The position numbers and the translations under genes are program-made. Below are positions 60,417 through 64,000 of a DNA stretch of 64,000 nt, in pieces. The DNA lies in the IMG/VR virus record IMGVR_UViG_3300034418_007342, positions 1-64,000 of that record. One strand, written 5' to 3'. How positions within the stretch are numbered: the first letter of the stretch is position 1; every line of letters begins with the position of its first letter. Under the pieces are notes generated by a model. The model worked only from the letters and a program-made list of their open reading frames with translations, was not told the DNA's origin and ran no database searches. The DNA comes from an uncultured virus (IMG/VR IMGVR_UViG_3300034418_007342) (taxonomy: Duplodnaviria; Heunggongvirae; Uroviricota; Caudoviricetes).

Positions 60417-60635
60417 TTATTGATTTTCTTCGGGAGCGGGTTGCTCTGGCTGTTGAGGAGTTACTACTCCACTAGCCACTAAAAAATTGTATAAGTTTGT
60501 GTATGCTTGACCAATAGCAGTAAATTCTTCTACTCTGTAAGCACCACGATTAGATGCTAGTTGAATTGCTTCTAGTGCAACAACTAGGTCTTGAACTTGT
60601 AAAGGGGTTGTTTGTTTTTGGTCTTCTTCTGCCAC
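60417..60635 (-). CDS. Hypothetical phage protein (probably late-expressed)
   Basis: GTG start with GGAG SD, LQVQDL...ASNRGAY..EE...G..Y..L..FL, and an upstream TAAATA. Confidence 0.7.
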   Translation of the reverse strand: MAEEDQKQTTPLQVQDLVVALEAIQLASNRGAYRVEEFTAIGQAYTNLYNFLVASGVVTPQQPEQPAPEENQ

Positions 60636-60640
60636 AAAAA

Positions 60641-60684
60641 TCTCCGTGTTTGTAAAGATATTTAACCCTTACAGACAACGGAGA
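60641..60684 (-). promoter_or_regulatory. SD-sequestering hairpin with late promoter TAAATA in its loop
   Basis: Arms 60641-60655 and 60669-60684 (TCTCCGT/ACGGAGA plus GTTTGTAA/TTACAGAC). Minus-strand TAAATA at 60664-60659. Confidence 0.65.
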
Positions 60685-60691
60685 AATTTTT

Positions 60692-60973
60692 TTAAAACTG
60701 GTTTTTGTTAAAAGTATCTAGCATTAGTGTAAAATAACTGGCTTCACTGTGACGTTCAAAGGCCGCACACTTGCGACTAACCAAAGATCCTGAATCAGTA
60801 GTAATGTGCTCACCTAAATAGAAACGACCTTCTAAATTTTCATATATCCAGTTTAGAATGTCTCTATCGTAAGTACGAGATTCGAAAAATACTTTTTCAA
60901 AATGCGGAGGGCATTCGTCCCACTTACGTAAGTTATGAACATTAAGTGGATTGACTTCACCGTGTTTAAGCAT
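60692..60973 (-). CDS. Hypothetical phage protein
   Basis: NPLNVH..R...PPHF...WIYENLEGRFY...AFE..SEASYF. Confidence 0.7.
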   Translation of the reverse strand: MLKHGEVNPLNVHNLRKWDECPPHFEKVFFESRTYDRDILNWIYENLEGRFYLGEHITTDSGSLVSRKCAAFERHSEASYFTLMLDTFNKNQF

Positions 60974-61265
60974 CGTCTAACTCATCTGTGGGAGGCAAAC
61001 CATTGCTGTGAAAGTCACGTGTCTGATCCACATCTTGAAATAATCTTTGTTCTTGTGCTGTCAGTTCGCCAAATTTTCTTGGATTAGCACATAGGGTGCA
61101 TTTGGGATCACCGCAGTTCAGTGCATGGTGCTTGGCAAAGCGATGTCCCTCATATTGGTGATCAGGCATTCCGTGCGACTTAGCAATTTTTTGTTGTTTG
61201 TGAATTGCGTTTTCTTCTTTTTGTAAACGTTTACTATGCTTTAGTTTATCTTCTGATTTGCTCAT
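60966..61265 (-). CDS. Hypothetical basic protein with Cys/His cluster (possible Zn binding)
   Basis: KHHALNCGDPKCTLCANPRK. Confidence 0.65.
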   Translation of the reverse strand: MSKSEDKLKHSKRLQKEENAIHKQQKIAKSHGMPDHQYEGHRFAKHHALNCGDPKCTLCANPRKFGELTAQEQRLFQDVDQTRDFHSNGLPPTDELDDA

Positions 61266-61273
61266 ATTGATAT

Positions 61274-61504
61274 TTAAAGATTTTTATTCAAGTCACTTTT
61301 CTTCACACGATTTACTTCTAATGTTACACACATGGTGTTAAACTGTTGTCCTGGTTTAAGCCTGGGCCATAGTGTGTCACGAAGTTTTTTCTGGCACTGT
61401 TGTTCACTTTCATAATAACCTTCGTACTGTACCATTTCACAACTGGAGACCTGATTACTAGCACAGGCCATTATGACCGGAATAAAAAACGTTACTAGTT
61501 CCAT
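61274..61504 (-). CDS. Small Cys-containing, possibly exported protein
   Basis: Hydrophobic N-terminus and four Cys, coupled to the upstream vWA gene. Confidence 0.55.
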   Translation of the reverse strand: MELVTFFIPVIMACASNQVSSCEMVQYEGYYESEQQCQKKLRDTLWPRLKPGQQFNTMCVTLEVNRVKKSDLNKNL

Positions 61505-62799
61505 TATGCACCTGCCAGTTCTTTTGCCTTTTCATAGTGAGCCCAAACACCAAAGGGCGGCTCGCACTCAGTGTTGCCTTTGATAATGAATACAGTATCA
61601 CAGTAGTCGGGGTCACCCCACGAACCATATGGATAACCATCAGTAAACATGATAAACTTCTTAGGTTGAATATCATTTTCTTTCATGTAAGTCCAGTTAC
61701 AGTCGTAGTCAGTACCACCACCGCCTTGGGGTTCATATTCCAAGATGCTGTCGAGATTGTCACTGCTAAACTCTTGATGATTGTACACTTCTGTATCAAA
61801 TGACCAGATATGAATTTTGTATTCATCATAGGCTTCCATAATGCCTTTGACTTCGCCCAGGAAAGCCTTGATGTCTTCGTCACCAATACTGCCCGACATG
61901 TCCAATGCGATGTGCGCTTCAATTTGGTCACCGGGAATCATACCGGGCATAACTGCATCCATTGCCCAACCACGTCGGCTGGGACGCATCCAACTAAAGT
62001 CATCTTTGACAATACTTTGGATCTGTTGCTGAAGCAGTTCACGCCAGTCAACCACAGGTTGCGTCAAGTCCTTAATAAGACGCTTAACACCTGAGGGCAA
62101 GTTACCTGCACCTGTAGCCTGAGCAGCCTGTAGTACTGCTTCGCGAACTTCGTCACGAATTTGACGGCGTTCCTCATCTGACATTTTAGGACGACCTTTG
62201 CCGTTGCCTTCTTTGTCTCCGTCCTTGTCATCGTCCTGATCACCCGAACCTTCCTGCTCGTCGAGGTGCTCGTCAATCATTTTGTCAATGAGATCGCTGA
62301 TGTCAATCTTCTCAGCCTTCTCATACAAATCGTCGTAGACTTCTTCAGCACTCCAACCTTGATACTTTGTATCATGCAGGCAAGGAGTAATCTTGTCGCC
62401 AATCCGTTGTTCAACCAAGTCTGCGTTTACGCAAAAGTCTGCGGCGCAATTAAAAAGCATAGGGTCACGATCCGGACCGCAACGACCCATATGGTCGTAG
62501 ACATTATGTAACACTTCATGCCCAAACAAGAATTCAAGTTCTTTGGGTTTGAGTTTGTTTACGAATTCGGTATTGTAGTAAAATTTCCTGCCATTGGTTG
62601 CGGCAGTGCCACACCATGAATCAGCATTAACCAATTCCAGTCGAGTAGCCAAGTTACCAAAAAACGGAGCACGAAGCAACAAGCCAATTCGAGCAGTAGT
62701 CAACTTTTCACGCACCGCACGATCCAATGCGGGATCTGTCGTTTCGGTTAGCCTGCCGCTGATGCCGGACTTGGGATTGGTTGTAGTATCTTTTGACAT
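61504..62799 (-). CDS. Metallopeptidase-like (HExxH) plus vWA domain protein (DUF2201-like), MoxR partner
   Basis: TAATNG, HEVLH, N.AAD..VN, an acidic linker, MIDAS DMSGS, GGGGTD and FTDG. AAGGAG SD. Confidence 0.88.
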   Translation of the reverse strand: MSKDTTTNPKSGISGRLTETTDPALDRAVREKLTTARIGLLLRAPFFGNLATRLELVNADSWCGTAATNGRKFYYNTEFVNKLKPKELEFLFGHEVLHNVYDHMGRCGPDRDPMLFNCAADFCVNADLVEQRIGDKITPCLHDTKYQGWSAEEVYDDLYEKAEKIDISDLIDKMIDEHLDEQEGSGDQDDDKDGDKEGNGKGRPKMSDEERRQIRDEVREAVLQAAQATGAGNLPSGVKRLIKDLTQPVVDWRELLQQQIQSIVKDDFSWMRPSRRGWAMDAVMPGMIPGDQIEAHIALDMSGSIGDEDIKAFLGEVKGIMEAYDEYKIHIWSFDTEVYNHQEFSSDNLDSILEYEPQGGGGTDYDCNWTYMKENDIQPKKFIMFTDGYPYGSWGDPDYCDTVFIIKGNTECEPPFGVWAHYEKAKELAGA

Positions 62800-62820
62800 T
62801 TCTGCTCCTTGTTATAGTGT

Positions 62821-62849
62821 ATTATACAATCTTTCTGAATTATTGTCTA
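62821..62849 (-). promoter_or_regulatory. sigma70-type promoter for the vWA gene
   Basis: Minus strand reads TAGACA-N17-TATAAT, followed by AAGGAG and ATG 62799. Confidence 0.7.
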
Positions 62850-62919
62850 TTAATACTAAAGTATTAAAAGGGGAGGACTTACATGGTAAAGAAAGGAGTA
62901 AGACCAATGCCTCCATAAA

Positions 62920-64000
62920 CTATCGATTGCCGGCGCTTGCGGCTACAATGTACTTACCAAACCGCTTGTGGAACTCATCGAAATTCTTGAGTTTGCCAGG
63001 AACAAACGGCAGGTTGTAAGTGGTAAGAGCAGTACGAGCACCCATAACAGTCAACTCCGTTGTGAAATTGTCCATCATATAACGGAAGAAGTTATCTGCC
63101 ATCTCATGCCATTCTGCATTAGGCTTGCCACCAATCTTGTCTGCGGCATCCTTAAGTTCGTAGCACATACTGACTACCAAACTGTACATGGCGCTGACTT
63201 CTTTTACTTTGAGTTCTTTGACCTTACCAGCCAATACATCTTCAGGCTTGGGTAACTGTCCAGCAATCTTGCGGTGAGCCATAAACTTAACAGCCACACC
63301 CTCACCAACTGCACCTGTTACCAAGTCAGTGAGATCTGCTTCACCAACGTCCTCGTCTTCAAGGATTTCGCTAACAAAGGTCCACGAGCGAGGTGTAGCA
63401 AAACTACGACTGCTACTACGCGGATCAAAGTCGTAAAGGTCCTGCTTGGCAAAGCCAATGTAACCGACCACGTCTTTGTGGATGCGGTTAATGGTAGCCC
63501 ACGTCTCCCATGCTTGGTGATCTACTCGCATCTCCAAGTGCAGGAAGCGGTTAGCCAACGGAGCAGGCATACGATAAGTAACACCCTTGTCCGATTCACG
63601 GTTACCAGCCGCAATCACTACCACATTGTCAGGCAGTTTATACTTGCCAATGCGGCGGTTAAGAATCAACTGATAAGCCGCAGCCTGAATGCTGGGAGCC
63701 GCTGAGTTCATCTCGTCCAAGAACAAAACAACCACAGGATACTGACTGGCCAACTCTTCGTCGGGCAAGTCGATGGGCGGTGCCCAATCCATCAAACCAC
63801 TGTCTTTATTGTAGTAAGGGATACCACGCAGGTCGGTGGGCTCCATTTGCGCCAAACGCAGGTCAATCATCAGACCATTTTGCTCTTCGGCGATACTGGC
63901 AACCACTTCACTTTTGCCAATTCCTGGAGGACCCCATAGGAATACAGGGCGCTTCTTCTGGAAGCACTTAGAGATGAGCCGTGACGCCTGCTGGGTCGTT
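62920..64000 (-). CDS. MoxR-like AAA+ ATPase, 5' end outside the window
   Basis: The frame stays open to the window edge and includes Walker A WGPPGIGKS upstream of the track's start. Also DLRL...DLRGIP, LFLDE, AAGNR and LANRF. Confidence 0.9.
   Translation of the reverse strand, partial: TTQQASRLISKCFQKKRPVFLWGPPGIGKSEVVASIAEEQNGLMIDLRLAQMEPTDLRGIPYYNKDSGLMDWAPPIDLPDEELASQYPVVVLFLDEMNSAAPSIQAAAYQLILNRRIGKYKLPDNVVVIAAGNRESDKGVTYRMPAPLANRFLHLEMRVDHQAWETWATINRIHKDVVGYIGFAKQDLYDFDPRSSSRSFATPRSWTFVSEILEDEDVGEADLTDLVTGAVGEGVAVKFMAHRKIAGQLPKPEDVLAGKVKELKVKEVSAMYSLVVSMCYELKDAADKIGGKPNAEWHEMADNFFRYMMDNFTTELTVMGARTALTTYNLPFVPGKLKNFDEFHKRFGKYIVAASAGNR

Noticed and set aside
162..63971. The many 60-150 aa ORFs antisense to or nested within long genes (e.g. 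1112..1384, 24960..25409, 52859..53305, 62594..63019)
   Set aside because: They are shadow frames of well-supported genes, with no motifs or initiation signals.
1..64000. Stop-codon reassignment, as seen in some jumbo phages
   Set aside because: Very long ORFs are intact in the standard code, and TAA, TAG and TGA all end recognisable genes at sensible positions.
1..64000. CRISPR array, tRNA or rRNA genes, integrase or transposase
   Set aside because: I saw no spaced direct repeats or cloverleaf-like segments, the intergenic gaps are very short, and there are no recombinase motifs. A tRNA scan was not run.

Overview
This 64 kb window is part of a large T4-related contractile-tailed (probably jumbo) phage genome, read in the standard genetic code. 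I saw no tRNA, rRNA or CRISPR array. It has four blocks. (1) 1-5.9 kb, minus strand: a GIY-YIG nuclease, gp46/gp47 split by two AT-rich glycan-type genes, and a gp55-like late sigma factor that appears to start at an ATT codon. (2) 6.0-34.6 kb, plus strand: a baseplate/tail-fibre block (gp53-, hub-, gp5-, gp25-, gp6-like genes, a 4473-aa multidomain protein, and fibres with ADLAE chaperone tails) marked by recurring TAAATA late-promoter motifs. (3) 34.6-57.8 kb: a roughly 23 kb enzyme island behind a perfect sigma70 promoter. It holds seven radical SAM genes (six with an N-terminal twitch-like Cys module, one B12-type), several GT-like genes, three SGNH-like genes, a carbamoyltransferase preceded by a 33-aa PFIYK peptide, a DegT aminotransferase and an NDP-sugar epimerase. 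(4) 57.8-64 kb, minus strand: thyA, DHFR, small hypotheticals and a MoxR AAA/vWA-metallopeptidase pair. The best candidate for an undescribed system is the multi-radical-SAM glycan-tailoring island, which may decorate the virion or the host surface. Regulatory oddities include promoters inside hairpin loops, predicted leaderless mRNAs and the non-AUG sigma start. All family calls come from reading motifs by eye, with no database searches.
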